Below are positions 63,559 through 64,000 of a DNA stretch of 64,000 nucleotides, piece by piece. The translations under genes and the position numbers were made by a program. The notes beneath the pieces were generated by a model. It had not been told where the DNA came from. It saw only the letters and a list, made by a program, of their open reading frames with translations, and made no database searches. This stretch comes from a virus (taxonomy: Duplodnaviria > Caudoviricetes): the IMG/VR virus record IMGVR_UViG_2636416120_000006, positions 1 to 64,000 of that record. One strand, 5' to 3'. Each line of letters begins with the position of its first letter. The first letter of the stretch is position 1.

Positions 63559-64000
63559 ATGCAGATCCACCTGACCATCCTCGTCAACCCGGATCCTATG
63601 GCCCAGAGGATTCCCGACATCAAGACGCTGCGGGAGATCACGGGCTTCGGCCTCAAGCACTCCAAGGACATGATCGAGGGCGTCGCCTACGACGTCATCC
63701 TCTCGGTCACCCAGCTCAATGAGCTCCTGGTCGCCTTCCCCAACCGGATCCGCATCGGCGAGCCGGTCCACGACCAGTTCGAGCACTACGAAGTCGATAG
63801 GAGCGATGAGCATCCCACCGACGTCGTTCTCCATATGGATCACGACAAGCACTGGGACGCTCTCCACACCTTGAGCATCCGTCCCGAGCGCATGATCACC
63901 GGTGTTCGGCTCTCCCGCGACCGCGCCATCGAGATCCTCGGCCAGATCGCCATCGACGGCATCGTGCTTCCGTCGATCGCCAGAGCCATCAATCCCAACG
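63559..64000 (+). CDS. protein with ribosomal L7/L12 C-terminal-like motif (runs off window)
   Basis: RBS hairpin; IKTLREITGFGLKHSKDMIE resembles bL12 IKxVRExTGLGLKEAKDLVE. Confidence 0.7.
   Translation, partial: MQIHLTILVNPDPMAQRIPDIKTLREITGFGLKHSKDMIEGVAYDVILSVTQLNELLVAFPNRIRIGEPVHDQFEHYEVDRSDEHPTDVVLHMDHDKHWDALHTLSIRPERMITGVRLSRDRAIEILGQIAIDGIVLPSIARAINPN

Noticed and set aside
1-64000. tRNA genes, integrase or lysogeny module, reverse transcriptase/DGR
   Set aside because: None recognised by eye; a tRNAscan/HMM run would be needed to exclude them fully

Overview
The window is most of a GC-rich, apparently lytic siphovirus-type phage genome with a probable alphaproteobacterial host (tandem GapR/DUF2312-like gene); no integrase or tRNA was seen. 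Layout: replication and nucleotide metabolism on + (1-17.7 kb); lysis and virion genes on - (17.7-50.6 kb, lambda-like tail, GpA-type terminase); primase-helicase and an esterase/methyltransferase pair on + (50.8-55.9 kb); then a probable genome end and early region of small ORFs with structured intergenic RNA (56-64 kb). The most striking unexplained signal is a genome-wide 4-bp-stem hairpin (NNCC-YGNGA-GGNN-CHA-ATG) found 20 times at gene starts on both strands. It sequesters the Shine-Dalgarno, keeps complementarity across six different stem sequences, and in several cases carries an out-of-frame ATG at the fixed position. A second motif, the palindrome GTWGATATCWAC, lies next to sigma70-like promoters of many of the same genes. 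PolA is split into two separately translated genes by an HNH endonuclease with no visible intron. All product calls come from motif recognition by eye, not database searches.
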